64,000 nucleotides of DNA. It comes from Phoronis australis (lineage: Eukaryota; Animalia; Phoronida). This document shows positions 1 to 14,673 of this stretch, in pieces. The position numbers were made by a program, and so were the translations under genes. The notes under the pieces are model-generated. The model had not been told where the DNA came from, searched no databases, and saw only the letters and a list, made by a program, of their open reading frames with translations. The stretch is taken from assembly GCA_002633005.1 (NCBI GenBank), contig NMRA01000269.1:469169-533168 (forward strand), in the 5' to 3' direction. The number at the start of each line of letters is the position of its first letter. Positions within the stretch are counted from its first letter, which is position 1.

Positions 1-3000
1 GACCTGCGGATGTCGAATTCTCACTTAGCTTCGGTAATGTTCTTTACAAGACAAAAATGTTTAAATTCTATTTCACTGCATCGAAAGAAAAAGTTGGTGC
101 CCCGTAATCACCAATACAGTTATTTTCCACTAATTTCACACTAAAACAATTGCCAAAATTGTAAACGTTTTCATTTTTTGAACACCGAATACTTTACTAC
201 ACATAATGGATTGAAAATAAATCAGAAGTCTTTACGACATTTGCATAGTACAAACCTTGCTGGTACTAACCTGAAATTTTCTTAATCTTTATTTTTGTAG
301 TGATATTTGACAAAATAGAACTTCGCTTATCGGCCATATTGTGTGCGTAATAAGCAACTTAATACGTATCGAGAATTTGTACAAATAAACCCACCCAAAA
401 GTATGCCCAACAGGGTGTAATTTCAGAAAATTTTCCAAAAAGTATGCTTATTTTCGGTAACAGTGTGCATGTTTTGAAAATAAAATCAGGTGTACAGTAC
501 TCTTCTAAAATACGACTGTGGTATGTTTAGATGTAATTTTTTTGACACAAATCTCCAAGTAAATGCTTTGTATCAGAAAATGTTTTGAGAAACCATGGTT
601 ACTCACAACAATGTTCGAGGGTAGAAGTGTTTGAAAAAATGAAAAAGAGTCCGTTTTGGTAATTATTTTTGTTTGAAAGGGTGAGAACGCTGCACTGCCT
701 GCAATGTTTTGCTTACAGAAAATCTGTAATCCCAGTGCTTGCGAACTCAATAACCATTACTCGCCTCCATTAGGCTGTTTAGCACAACAGACCAGAGAAA
801 GACGCAAAAAAAGTTCCGTTCCTTGTTAGTACATAGTCATTTAGTATTCCCCAGAAGCGTCTCGGAATTATTAAATGCTTTTAACTTCACTAATTACATA
901 CATATATAATGCCAGGCAGTGATAACAGGAAACAATAGACACTTCATATAGCACTGCAAGACCCACTGTGTCTTATTTTACCCACAATGCCACGCGTCCA
1001 TAGAGGTCACTAGCTTCACAGTGGTGTACAGCTGTGACAGTAATCATTACTTAGTATTATTCTGTCATTTGTCAATGTGTCGCTAATAAAGTTACTCCCT
1101 TGCATAGACAGTTGCAAAGCAGACATTAGAATTTCAGAAACAGACTAGATGAATCTCAAATGCAAAACTCACCTATGAAGGGTGTTAGCAGCCCTACCTT
1201 TTGAAAACCACTTCAATCATTTCAAACTCACCTACAGAGGGCAGATGTGAAAATTGATAAGCTGCCGAGAGGGGGGAAGGACTGGCATTTATGTGCATGC
1301 AAAAAGCTCATAAAGAGTAAACGATTGAGAAACACTGGACGGTTGATCTCAGCAGCCATGAAACAAAATTGGGGGTGTGAGCAAGCCAAGCCTGCATGTT
1401 CAAAAACGAAAATTTGGAGAAGTTAGGAATTGGCTTTTATCGGAACGGTCGATTTGGATAAATGTCCAGGGACCTCTATTCCCATCATAACTTACGTGCA
1501 TGAGCCAAGTAACACAGTCGTTACAGAGTACATCAAAGGACGTGGCTTTCCCTAAGGTTTAGGGAGCTAGAGTTCACAGACGACATCAGTTCACAAAGAC
1601 ATGGCCACTTTAAAAGAGGTCCTAAAGAAGCATTTTCAAGTGGATATGGGAAATTTAGCGTGTGTACATAAAAGACGGACTATTGGGCATTAACCCAGAC
1701 AAGTGCATAATTTCGCAACTTTTTATGGACTTACGAAGGAGATTATATTAATACAAAAGATGGAAATTAAATTAAAATGGAAGAGTAGGTTCTGATCAGC
1801 AGTAATTTGCCACATGCTGAGATGAGGTTATATAATTGCGTAAGTGCACTTGATCAATACATCCACAGTTACACAATGTCATCACCACGAATAACAAGAG
1901 ATTCAGAGGTAACATTACTGTGTCACACAACAGATTTTAATTAAGAGCTCCATATTTCTTGAAACAGTATCAGTATCCCGCAACCACCCGGACATTTATG
2001 TCTCGACCAACAGAAATTTAAAAGCGCTTTGCGCACTCGGTAACAAGCAATTCCACTTCTCAGGCCCAATATCACCTCCTAAAGCAGACGATCTGCACCC
2101 ATTACCTGTGCTTGACATTGAAGTTATCGCAAGACGGTTCTGTGCAGCATTTTGCCACTATGTGAACAGCGGTGGCCGGGTCAGTAGGAAATTTCGCCCT
2201 CAACCAACAAATTCCCCTCGCAGAAGACACAGGCACCTTTCCCCTAATGAAAGTGAGGGCCCTCAGGTGTTACAAGCATCATTTTACTAGCTCTCTGCTA
2301 TTGCTTTAGGGTTATCTTAAAACTGTTCGGGTTTTCAACAACACTTGTTGCTAGACTGCTTACTTCGAAGGATGCACAAGAGCCCGAGGAAGAGGATGTA
2401 GTTGACATCCATTTTCATTTGAAATCGATTTGGATGGTGATTAAGCTAACTACCCTTTTAGTCAGTGAAACTGCAAGCATTTTCACCAGTAATGTGAGCC
2501 TAGTGTCAGTGCTTCAGTGTAATGAATCATGGCTAAACACTGCAGAACTGTTCTGACCAGTGACAAAATTTGTTGCCTTTTACATTTCGGCAATAGAACA
2601 CTAGTCTATTTTTACCCCGATGCCCCACTCCGATGCCCCACTCTGTGGTAAAAGTTGAAATACCAATACACATATTTCGGTATAATCAAACGAAACATAA
2701 TCAACCCTAGTTCAAAAGACATTTCATGGTTTTTAACTTGCAATAACTAAACAAAAATTATATATAAAAAGACACGGAGAACAAGCTCTCTTCTTAAGGG
2801 GGCAAATAAACCCACGCCTTCAGTCAAAAAATGAGCATTTAGGCACAATAAACCACACTGTCTATTAGAAAACAATTTCGGAGTTATGACACTTATGGTT
2901 GAAAGTTGGCCTCATCTTGTTCCATTTCTAGGTTTGAGAGTATCTGATAGAGGTAGCTATTCCTTCACACAAGGTTCATGAACATTTATTTTTCAGCAGC

Positions 3001-3292
3001 AGAAGTAGAATTCCAGGTGTTTAATCTCAAACTCAATTTCAAATCAATCAGAGGATAACGCAGAAACAAAGAGCAAGTACGCCTGTTAAGAAAGTCACTT
3101 TTGACACCAGAACATGGCTTATAAGAACAACATCAAAATGTAAAATATCACATGACCTAACTAGTCATGTTTTACACTGATCAGTGACCAGTAGGCTTCA
3201 CTTGCAACCAATCAGTATTCAAATATTTTGTCCAAAAGCTCAGTTTTTCAATGGTAGATATCTGGCATTTTGCACCCCAGAAGGACCAAACT

Positions 3293-3419
3293 ACCTTATG
3301 GGCATCCGTGCTTGATATATTTTTCACAAAAGACAAAAATCATAAGCTCAACTGAGACCTTATGGGCATCCGTGCTTGATACATTTTTCGCAAAAGACAA
3401 AATCATAAGCTCAATTGAA
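3293..3419. repeat. 64-bp direct tandem duplication (2 copies)
   Basis: accttatgggcatccgtgcttgata...cataagctcaa begins at 3293 and 3357. Confidence 0.9.
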
Positions 3420-5769
3420 ACGTTGGCTGTCTCTTTACCTATAGCTACTCTATGGGGTTATAACAGCATAAACAAAGGTTAATCTTGTCTCACGTTGTCT
3501 TTGAATCATGTAACGGACGATAATTTTCTTCTAAATAATAATTTACCTTTGAGCATCACTGATGATGCAGCTCATGTGGCCGAGTGGAAAATTCTCAGTG
3601 CAATCTCACCACAGTGTCAAACCTCAGCTGCAGTTCCACTGTTGCCCAGTGCCTGGCAGTCAGACTAATCAATCACTCGCATGACCTTTGACCTACTTCC
3701 CATACAAAAGACTCGAGGACACTGGTTGAGCACAAGAAGTTATCAAGGGCAGTTAATAGACAAAACACCAGTTTTGAACATCATCAGCTAACCAAAATCA
3801 CATAATGAACAGTGAACTGTTGCTGCTGAATGAAAACAGTACACAATGTAGACTACTACAATCAGCTGCAAATTCAAGTGAGCAGATGTCAACAAGTCTT
3901 CAGGAGAGCTTCTACTAGGCGGAGTGTTCCAAGCATAAATGCAATGTTCAGCAAGGGGTGGAACAATAGAAAACCTGAGGAAGTTTTTAAACTATATCTG
4001 AGTGACACAGCTCTGGAGATCTCCATTTTTAAATGCCAGCCATGGAATTCTGGGTACAATCAATCCTGTCTACAATTTCTTAACTAACTACCACAACAAT
4101 GTCAAAGCAAAAATAATCTAACACTGTTTCCAAGGTAACAGACATTTCTATTTTTTTCTGACCATAAAAAGGCAGCAGAAGAAATCATTATTTTAGGTTT
4201 GTCATGAGAAACTGGAATTGAATAACATAGCGTACCTAGATTCGAGTTAGTGCCCAGGCAACCAGGCAGCTAGCTGTATGACGATTATCGTAAAATATAG
4301 CAAGGTGCCACTGTGTGTTAAGCTCCAATAGACATCGAAATTTCACACAGTCAGGGTAGTTCTGCTCATCAAATCATCGTGAAACTTGTATCAACATGTT
4401 GAGCTAATGAGCGGTGGGGGTGCATGCAAAATCTGGGAGTAATCCGACACTCACTTTGTCCGTTGTTGCTGCCGCTTAAGAGAAAACCAAATGTAATAAA
4501 CGTCATTTTCTTGCACAATTCTCCGCCTTTTGCAACAAAAAGTCTTTAGTCATTTTGAAAATAGTATGCTTGTGACACGCGCACGCGCTATTTCCTAAAC
4601 TTTTTGCAACATCTCTCGGGAGATGATGGCAGCTTTACAGCAGTAAAGTTTGTTCTGAAATTCGGTGTGCTGGTAGCACAATGCCAAAAAACTTTAAATG
4701 AAATGAAGCTACATAGTTGACAAATTTTTGTTGAAGCCTACAATTCCTTGCTAACTTCAATAATAGAGAATCCTAAGTTAACATAACCACCCTCACAACA
4801 TGCATCCAGGCATGAGTACTAGAGTATCAAGAAATGAGCTTTTGTCAAAAAACAGAGCAAGGAATCTCAAACTTGTTTATGCCCCCTAGCATGCCCCAGT
4901 ACACATCAAGTGTTCACTGAAATGGCAAAATAGTCATTCAAAAACCATTCAATTGGTAGTGACCGGAACAAATTCATGATTTCATAATTTTGCAGTACTA
5001 CATTTAATCAGGTCAGGCATAACGGATGTAAACAGTGTCTAACAAACAGTGTTTTGTACATCTCCTGTCAAGACATTCTTTTTGTTGTTGTAACTACCAA
5101 GTAACCCTTAAAATAACTACACAAGTGTTTAAATTAGGCCTTGTTCAAATTGATTTCAGAGACAAAGGAATCAATGCATTTCAGAGAAAGTACATAATTT
5201 TTGTCAATGACACATATTCAAGTATAGTACGCACCAAAACCAATAGTAAAAAACATAGCTTCTTCATCGTGATGGCTAAGTTTTTTCGACAGCAGAAATG
5301 ACTGGTCTTTATTTCTCATAGCTTCCCCGTCATAACGGCTTATTTCTTGATAGTAAAAATGACTGGTCCTTGCTTGTCTGTAGGGCAGTATTATTCCTTC
5401 ATACCGTGTCCTCTTCCTTCCCTTTCCCACCGACTCCAGGTCATCACGGTTGTTATCGCTTGTATGCAGTCACCATGACAGGAATTTGGAGTTATTTTTC
5501 CCCACTACATTTGCCATGTAATTCAAGCACCTCGACTCACAGGTCAACACAAAAAACTTAAGGATGTTACCTTGAATAATCTAAAACAACAATACTCATA
5601 ATATGACTGGTCTTGTTCAAATTGACTACTGAATCAAAAGAATCGATACTTTCAAGTATGAGTGCATTCCCCTTGAGTCAAGGACATGCTCAATCTTACT
5701 GAGGTACGGTAACTTGTTCTAGTGTAACATGCACCACTGGTAATTCCCGAGTCATGTCGCAAACCTGGG

Positions 5770-5990
5770 GAAAGGCAGAAGTACTTCTCAGCTGCGGTTA
5801 CGTAGAGACCGGTCTTCTTTTACGCTCCGTACTCGCATTACGTGTTCATTGTCACGTACAGAGTATTAACTTTACCTTACCTTAGTTACTGGGTGTATGT
5901 GTGTGTGGACGTTCCACTTAAAAGTGGGGTAAGTTGCACAAGTACAAGTTGTTCTAGGGCAAGCTGTGTGTGGACGGGACTTTATACTCG
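5770..5990. repeat. Interspersed repeat family C (inverted copy at ~11348-11555)
   Basis: gtgttcattgtcacgtac...ccacttaaaa.tggggtaagttg...gtgtgtggacggga matches the reverse complement of ~11350-11490. Confidence 0.75.
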
Positions 5991-7194
5991 CACATGTACA
6001 AATCTAGTTTTCTTCCTCTGTTTATCTTGCTACAAGACTGTTGCAAAACTTTGTCCCTCCTTGTGACTACCTCGCCCTATTTATGGGATTAACCGAAGCA
6101 CAAAATCTTCACAAACGCCCTTGAAACAATCCAATTAGCTACCACTTATAAAAGGAAGCTCTTGGCAGTAGCTGAAAAGTTCGTAGCATTTAAACTGATT
6201 AAGTCTTTGTAGTGTTCACTGGGAGACAAAGCAACTAAATTCTATGGGGACAACTCAGTTCAAACTAAATCCATTCAGTACAAACGAGGTATGTTACTTA
6301 GGAAGAGTATGTACAGACAATGTGCTTCATGAAAAATCACTTAAGAGTCAAGTCAGAAATTTGGTCCCCACAACTATTTCTGAAAAATAATTAAATCTCA
6401 CATGAGCAAACGTGCAAAGTCTCTGAAAATATACACATTTGTACTTAGAAAATTTCTATATATTATTTCTACACTGACACTCAAAATGACTTGGCCAAAC
6501 CATTTTGTAGCGACAACGAAGTGGAAGAATAAGACCAAATTTCTGTCTTAAGTTATTCTCATGAAACAGACCCCCTCAGTAAACAACTTCTACTGCATTT
6601 GACTGTCTTCGCCAGTTCCGCCGAGTCAATTCTCAATGTGAACCCCCGGCTTATAAACCAATCAGATGTCTTAGTCGGTTGACCCGTCTGAAGTCTAAGA
6701 CAAGTTTCAAACTGAAGTGTGCTATCTCCAATAACTAAGCCCTGATATCTTCAAGGAGCTTTAAAAACAAGGACAAAACAATAAAATCTTAACGTCTGGC
6801 AGAACCCCAAATGTAAATCGATGTTTGATGCAAGTTAGCAATCTTGAAAACATTGGTTTTGCGAAAACAATTTTTTCTTGTACCAAGCCACTCATGTTTT
6901 CGAGCTCGACTCCAAAAACAGAAATCTACGTATTCATTTTCTACCCACAAGCTGATAGCGTTCTGTTTACAAGTGGTCACGGACTTCTTATTACCACTTC
7001 TATTCTACAATTATTTAGCACACAATATGGCCGACAAGTGACATTCTGTTTTAACAAAATTCTTCACAAACATGAAGATTAAGAAAATTTCAGTACATGG
7101 CCAGCATGATTTGTATTGTGCAGGTGTTGTTAAAGAACTTGATAAATTTCCAGTTTTTCTCCTTCAGCGTTCCCGGCCATGAATTTTAGATGGT

Positions 7195-7470
7195 CAGTTC
7201 GGTCGTCTAGGCAAAGTCTGCGGTTCGCTGCAATGACGCTGTTGGGCCCCACAGTTTTACTTTGATTTTCACCGGACTGGGCCATGTCTGGCACCTTACG
7301 GTGTCGAAGGTAGGGCAGCTCTGCAGTAAATGCTCAGGTGTCATGGGCCAGTGCCACACGGGCACTCGTCTGTATGAGATGTTCAGGCGATGCACGTGGG
7401 AGAGGAGCTGGCAGTGGCTAGTTCTTAGCCTGAAGATGATGACTCATTCTTGCCGGTCAAAGTTCCACCA
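7195..7470 (-). pseudogene. Decayed 3' end of a non-LTR retrotransposon ORF2 (I-group-like C-terminal zinc knuckle)
   Basis: Translates with one stop and one frameshift to DRQE*VIIFRLRTSHCQLLSHVHRLNIS/DECPCGTGPMTPEHLLQSCP...WP...KLWG...LQRTADF, i.e. RLRT(G)H plus a C-x-C...H-x4-C knuckle. Confidence 0.8.
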
Positions 7471-8188
7471 AATCACCTTAACACAGCCTGTTCTCCAGTG
7501 AACAACACAGGGTTGCAAATTGTGCAATCTACAACTGTCATGCGCTGAATATAATTTTCCTTTCAACAAGGTGTTGTGTTGAAAACTTTGAAAAACAGTA
7601 CAACATCCGGTAAATAACAAGTTTAAATGAACAAATTCCATAAATTACGGACACGCCTTTACAAGGAAAAATGCTTCTTCCCATAAAGACCACATTTTTC
7701 TGCCAAAATTAATGACCTAACCAAAAGCACCTTATTCTCACCGTCGCCATAACAACAGCCTATCCCTAGCTAAAGAATAACCCAAAAGCTATTACTATAA
7801 GGCTGACCATAGCAGATGTCTAGACACACTACTAGGCCACCATAACGACCAGTTGACAAAATGGTTTACTACAGAGTGGCCAAGTGTTTACTACAACCAA
7901 CAAAACAAAACAAATAGTTAGTGGAGGTGACTCTAATCAGCCCACATCCCTGTATTCTAATTAGCACACAGATGTGCTTGATGGCTACCATCACCTTTAT
8001 CGCCATGATAACCTTTCAACAGACTCTAGGGCAAAAAGCACTAATTGTTACACTAGTGACCCTTGAAAGCAGATTCTTTTATTTGCATTTACCATGTATT
8101 ATGAACAAAAATAAGGTTATGACTACTGACGTATTTACCAATACTTAAAAAACTGCTGATCTTGTATTTCTTAACCAAGACAAATTTA

Positions 8189-10160
8189 AACAAGAGCAAC
8201 GCAGAGCGTTGAAATGCGCCCACAATTGCACCGTATACGGTATCCTTCTAGGGTTGTTTATTGGCACCATAAAGTGGCCAGTAGAGGGCATATATGTAGT
8301 ATGTTGTACTTTGCAAAATGGAAAGGCATGGTCATTGTCTCCTCAATAGGCTAGGTTTCAAAATGTGAGTGATCTTCATAATACAAGCACATCCTATGCA
8401 TCAGTTGCTTAAAGCACCACAGAAACATAGAATTAAAAACAAATTTACCAACATACGAGATTAGCACAGCATTCGAATGCCAGAAACAAATTTCTACTTG
8501 GAACTTTTCCTTCATAGTCACGAAGTAACACAAAGTATACACCTGAAGACCTATGAAAATACAGAGGTCAATGTGAAATATTTAAATTGCCACTAGAGGC
8601 ATACCGGTAGTCAGAATCATCCTAAAGTCGTCATCGTCCGTTGTCAACATCACATAAATACACTTGCTAAATTTAGTAAAGATCCTGCGAACGGTTTGGG
8701 AGATACAGCCATGGGTGCAAAAAAACAAAACTGCCACTAGGAGGCGCCACAGTAGTCCAAATCGTCTGAAAATCATTGTCAGCTGTCTTCCTTATAGTAA
8801 GCACATACACGCCAATTTTCACAATCATCCTTTGAGCGGTTTGGTTGATAGAGGGGTGGACGCAAAAATACAGACTCGAAAACAGTAAAAATGGCCACTA
8901 GGTGGCGCAAACTACGTCGAATCCATCTGAAAACAGTAGGATAGCGTCATCTCACTAATAGGTGCCTACATACCAAATTTCATGAAAATCCGTTCAATAC
9001 TTTTGAAGATACAAAGGTAAGCGTAAAAAACTAAAATTGCCACTAGGGGGCACACCGGTAGTCGGATCCGACCAAAAGTCGTCATCTTCCGTTGTTAACA
9101 TCATATAAATATACTTACACAATTTGTAAAGATCCTGCGAACGGTTTAGGAGATACAGCCATAGGCGCAAAAAAACAAAACTGCCACTAGGAGGCGCCAC
9201 AGTAGTCGAAATCGTCGGAAAATCATCGTCAACCATCCTCTACATAGTAAGCATATACATGCCAATTTTCACAATCATCCTTTGAGCGGTTTGGTTGATA
9301 GAGGGGTGGACGCACAAAAACAGACTCGAAAACACTAAAAATGGCCACTAGGTGGCGCAAACTATGTCGAATCCATCTGAAAACGGGAGGATAGCGTCAT
9401 CTCACTAATAGGTGCCTACATACCAAATTTCATGAAAATCCAATAAGGACTTGTGAAGATACAAAGGTAAGCGTAAAAAAATTAAAATTGCCACTAGGGG
9501 GCACACCGGTAGTCGGATCCGTCCAAAAGTCGTCATCTTCCGTTGTTAACATCATATAAATATACTTACACAATTTCGTAAAGATCCTGCGAACGGTTTA
9601 GGAGATACAGCCATAGGCGCAAAAAAAAAAAAACTGCCACTAGGAGGCGCCACAGTAGTCGAAATCGTCGGAAAATCATCGTCAACCGTCCTCTACATAG
9701 TAAGCACATACATGCCAATTTTCACAATCATCCTTTGAGCGGTTTGGTTGATAGAGGGGTGGAAGCACAAAAACAGACTCGAAAACAGTAAAAATGGCCA
9801 CTAGGTGGCGCAAACTATGTCGAATCCATCCGAAAACGGCAGGATAGCGTCATCTCACTACTAGGTGCCTACATACCAAATTTCATGAAAATCCGTTCAG
9901 GACTTTTGAAGATACAAAGGTAAGCGTAAAAAACTAAAATTGCCACTAGGGGGCACACCGGTAGTCGGATCTGTCCGAAAGTTCGCACATGCCGTCCCAT
10001 TCATGAATGGAACATATGTGCCAAATTTCATGAACATATTATGTCAAAGGGTTTTGGAGATAGAGCAGCGGACGCCGGACGCCGGACGGACGCCGCCCGT
10101 ACGGACGGACGGAGATGACGGCATAATGCGTCCACATATAAATATGTGGGCGCATAAAAA
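8189..10160 (-). mobile_element. Non-autonomous Helentron-associated (HINE/DINE-1-like) element with internal tandem array
   Basis: Subterminal inverted repeats ATGCGCCCACA (8214-8224) / TGTGGGCGCAT (10145-10155); hairpin 10126-10155; (CGGA)n-like microsatellite ~10068-10113; short palindrome CAACGC-aga-GCGTTG (8197-8211); A/T-run termini; central tandem repeats. Confidence 0.8.
8583..9980. repeat. Tandem array: ~450-bp higher-order unit x3, each made of three diverged ~145-160 bp GCCACTAG monomers
   Basis: Unit starts at ~8584, 9033, 9484 and 9936; GCCACTAG recurs with ~144/161/145 spacing. Confidence 0.92.
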
Positions 10161-12589
10161 GATTTTAGATTGCTCTCTCATTTTTCTGCAGACTGAAGTG
10201 TTAGGGATAAATTATGATATTCAAACAAGAAGGGTTTTTCAAACACAATGTAAGGAGCAGGTTTTTGTAACAATAAATTAACCAAACATAATTAAACCTG
10301 ATTTATGAGCCCTATAGATCAGCCCCTGTAAATTATTAACCACCAACAATGAGTATTTGAACAAACTGTTGATTTCTAGAGGCACCCACATAGAAAAATG
10401 TTAGCCAGCTTGATAAATAGCCATTTTCCAATGTAGCGGTGACATAATGAAAGTCGCCATCTTATCACCAGATGGCGATAGAGTAGTTGATACACAGCGT
10501 TCTACGGTCATGTTTGCAGTGACAATGCAGTGAGATTTCCAAACCTTTTTTTATACATTTGCTGTCTTCAATGCTGTCAATGTAGCGCCATGGAATAATT
10601 GATCAATGTTTCAAAGTGTCTGTGAATGAAAGAAGTTGAATTTTGTTCCAATCAACTCAACCCATCTTGGACACCAGAAACATTGAGTAAAGGAAGAAAT
10701 ACTTTTAATCTTCCATAATATTACCATAGCTAAGCTTTGTACAGTAAGTCAAATAATCCCTATTGATCCTAATATGTAGTACACAGACATGAGACATGTG
10801 CTTCCAACACCTGATTGTACAACTCCTGTCTACTCTTTAGTAACCACACCGTCGTCTGGGCACAGACAACAGGGCACGGCCTTCAACAATATACGTAAGA
10901 CAAGTGGCGACAAAGGTTGGCCAATAAAAATGCAAAAAATTCTTTAATATATAGGAGACAGTTTTCTAAATTTAGGATATCTAAATAGAAACGAAATTGG
11001 AATTTTGATTCTAAAGTATGATGCATAATTCTAAGATCAGTTTACATGTTAAAAGCAAAATCTAGTTTGTGTCACAGCTTGTTTGCATCCTGGAACTGCC
11101 AAATATGCAGTCCTACCAAAGCCATGTTTAGATGTCAGCTGCGACAGACACAGCACTCAGAAATGGTGGAAAGATGGGGGTTGAAGACGGGGATGCAGAA
11201 TGTACATGCTCAGGGTTACAAATAGGGGGAGTTGCAGTTTATGTTGAGAAACAAAAAATGGTGAGATTTTGCTGATTTAAAGGCAGAAAAACATGTAATT
11301 AGGCAACGGTTGGAACTAAACAGACAAAAGGCAATTGACAGCAGTCATAAATCCCGTCCACACACAACCTACCCTAGAGCAACTTGCACTAGTACAACTT
11401 ACCCCATTTTTAAGTGGAGCGTCCACATTCACATCCGATAACTAGGATAAGACGGAAGTTGTCACTCAGTACGTGACAATGAACACCTATTAAGAATACG
11501 GCACACAAAAGAAAACCTTCTGTATGTAACCACAGCTGACAGTTACTTCCGTCTTGCCTTAAATTTGCAGAACAAGACCATTGGGCACAAGTTGCTCTAC
11601 CTCAAAGCTGGAGACAAAATTGACTTTGTGACCTACGAGTCGCCATGTGCACCTAAAAATGGATTTGCAATCAAATATCCGTCACCAATGGCCATTGCAG
11701 AACATGGTTTATACTCGCCTTTGATTTGATCGCAACTTTTGAACTGCCTGCTCACATATTTGATCAATCAGCTCGACAACAACTAATATCCTTCACTTCG
11801 TATCAACCTACAAACATGACATTCACTTCCGCATTTTTAAGCTTCGGATCTTCCAACAAATGCTTATTACGTTCCCCGAGATTTTACTTCGCTACCAAGT
11901 CGACAGAGGAGGAGGCTACCGGCCGCAAAGAACAGCCCTGACACCTAGCAGGCGATTGTCGAACTACACTGAACCAATCCGTTTCACTCTCAAAACAAAA
12001 CAAAATGGCTAGTCACAGAGTCACATCGTGCTATCAACTGCATGAATTGATATGAATTTTGCAGATGACAACAACATGAGGAATCTACAACAAACTGTGC
12101 ATAAACATGTTTACCAGTGGCAAAAACATGCACATACGTGGGGCAGGAAAAGCTAGATTTAGTTGCGCATGCACTGGTGTTTGTAGCATTTTTTGTGACA
12201 TGTCTGGCTCCTAGATCATTTTTAGTGCCCAATGGCTCCTTGGAAAAGTTATTAAGTTATGTCCTAAACTCATTTGGTGTCAACTTCTATTTACACACAC
12301 AGTCGTGCCCAGCAGTTTCGGTGTCAACTTTTGTAACTTCCAAACAAAACTGAATTTAGAACACGATGATGGGGTGGACAATTTCTTTCATATAAGATAT
12401 GGACTACCAACGAAATGCTAAAGATTTTCAAATTCAACACAATAGCGCACAAATAGACGATGTTTGAGATATTATGGGCAATCACAGCAATGTCGAAAGC
12501 TTTTGAAAAATGAAAAAGTCAACTTAGGCTATTGTGTCTTTCCAAAATTGCTGGGATTTTACGTACAAATCTCACTGAAGTTAAAATGC

Positions 12590-12895
12590 ACGCTAATTCC
12601 TTATCGGTTCCCTGTAATTGCTTAGTCAAATTAGTAAGAAACGCAAGATATAGTGACGATATGAATATGAAGTACGTTGAAAATTGCGAAATCTTTTTAA
12701 GAACGAGTTTTGTGTTGAAAACGACCTGCCATAAATCGCTCAACGATGTCCAGTAAGTATTGTGATGTGGGGAATAACAGTGCATGATGCGGGCTCATGG
12801 TACATCATTAGTGCAAGGGTACCTATTGGCAGAATATTTTGTTTTCACATTTACAAGTTGTCAGTGAATACAACTGCACTTTGTTTAGTGTAGAT
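12590..12895 (+). repeat. Interspersed repeat family A (other copies ~43298-43600 same orientation, ~62750-63075 inverted)
   Basis: Shared blocks gctaattc.ttatc...ttgctt.gtcaaattagt, tgaatatgaagta, gagttttgtgt.gaaaa, tccagtaagtat, atacaactgcactt.gtttag. Confidence 0.75.
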
Positions 12896-14275
12896 TATGT
12901 TAACATAGCACTGCCGTTGGGAGCATGCAAATTTTATACATCTTTAATGCCGAGGGTATTTAAATTAGGAAATACTAAAATAAGACGGTGGATGTTTAGT
13001 CAAGAATGGGGGTTTAAGACCGAAATTTCTTGAGAAGTCGGGCGGAAGCGTTTACTCACACGGTCGGTTCATTCACGCGCATGATGCAAAAAGTAGGTGT
13101 AAATTAACAAGCTCACAGCAGGTGATGTATCCTAGAATAGAGCACAAGGACCTCACTCACCTNTGGGTTGATAACTCCCCCCAGCGTTCACAATCACACC
13201 ACATACCAATTCCACTCCCCAGTCACCCCTCAAGGAGCCAAAACTAACATTTTGTACAAGTGATTCTAACCCTGAGGGGGATTTTTTAATCAATGGAGGG
13301 GAATTTTTTAACTTCATGAGGGAATGGGGCTGATATTCAGCCACAAAATCGAGGCATCGAGGGCCCTGGAACAAGTCCATACCTTGAGGTGCAAGTAGAG
13401 TTAACACTACTACTAAACCAAGAGACAGCTCGTTCCAGGAGATCTTGTTCTACGGCAACTCGTAGTCTGTGTGGACAGTATTTTGAATTTTCAACTATCA
13501 ATCATATTAATTGGTAGAGGGCATTTGTCTTGGCAAGGGCATTTAAAAGAAAAAAACTTGGAAATTTTGGGGGTGTGCATTAAAGGTAAAAAGTGATGGT
13601 CTCCTAATTAACTACGAAAAAAATAACTACCCAAAAACTTATCAAATGACACGACCAGGTGACAATGTGCTACCCTATCTATCAAATCCTAAAACCATCA
13701 GCAGCCATCTGCATATTTTAGCTTTGTAGGATCATTGAATATAGTCAAAACAGAGATTCACTCAAATCAATACAATCCAATCCTACTTTCAACTAATCAA
13801 TGTCATCGACTGGGCTAACTAAGGTTTTCATGAACACTATCAAGGACATTAAAGATACCGTGGACCCTCAATAGTTCAATCACCTCATGAACTGAACCCA
13901 AAACTGTTGTGTTATACAAAACCATGAGTGCAAATGTTTATACCGGTAATTTGATCACGATGCTATGTGGTAAGGGGAGAATTGAACATGACAAATGGGA
14001 AAAACAAGCAGATATCACTAATAGTAAAGTCTCACTAATTTCGGACAAAAACTATTGAATGCCAGAATTTGCCCTTTAACAATGTTATGAATTCTTCAAT
14101 GATGATAGTTTATGGTTAAAAACTTGAAACTATGGAGCCCTGTGATTTTACCATAATGCACCACTTGCTAATGAGTATGTTTGTTTCAATACAATTGCAG
14201 GGCCAGGATCATGCAAACCAACAACAGATAAACGAAGTGTTAGAAATTCTTTCGTAAAAAGCTATGTGAGAAAGT

Positions 14276-14673
14276 CAAGGTACCTAAACTACACCGTCAA
14301 CGGACTCATAAACACGGGCACGGACGCATGAACACAACTCACGGACCTGCAAACGCCGTCCACTGACTCACAAACATGGTAACGGACTCACAAAACACGA
14401 TCCACACACCCAAATACATGGGACACAGACTCATATTCACGAGGAAACACGGTTAACGGACCGCCAAACACGGTTTACGGACAAAATGAAGATGTCAGCT
14501 GACCCAGGAAGCCGACGAGTCCATGACCCGTGTATTTAGTTGCGTGGATCGTGTTTTGTGAGTCCGTTCCCGTGTTTGTGAGTCAGTGGACGGTGTTTGC
14601 AGGTCCGTGCGTCGTGTTCAAGCGTCCGTGCCTGTGTTTATAAGTCCGTTGACCGTGTAGTTTAGGTACCTTG
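14276..14673. mobile_element. Fold-back MITE with ~175-bp terminal inverted repeats and 5-bp TSD (AAAGT)
   Basis: CAAGGTACCTAAACTACAC... / ...GTGTAGTTTAGGTACCTTG termini; AAAGT at 14271-14275 and 14674-14678. Confidence 0.88.

Noticed and set aside
8583-9980. CRISPR-like regularly spaced GCCACTAG motifs
   Set aside because: The intervening sequences are themselves repeated rather than unique spacers, there are no cas genes, the context is eukaryotic, and a Helentron-type element explains the array.
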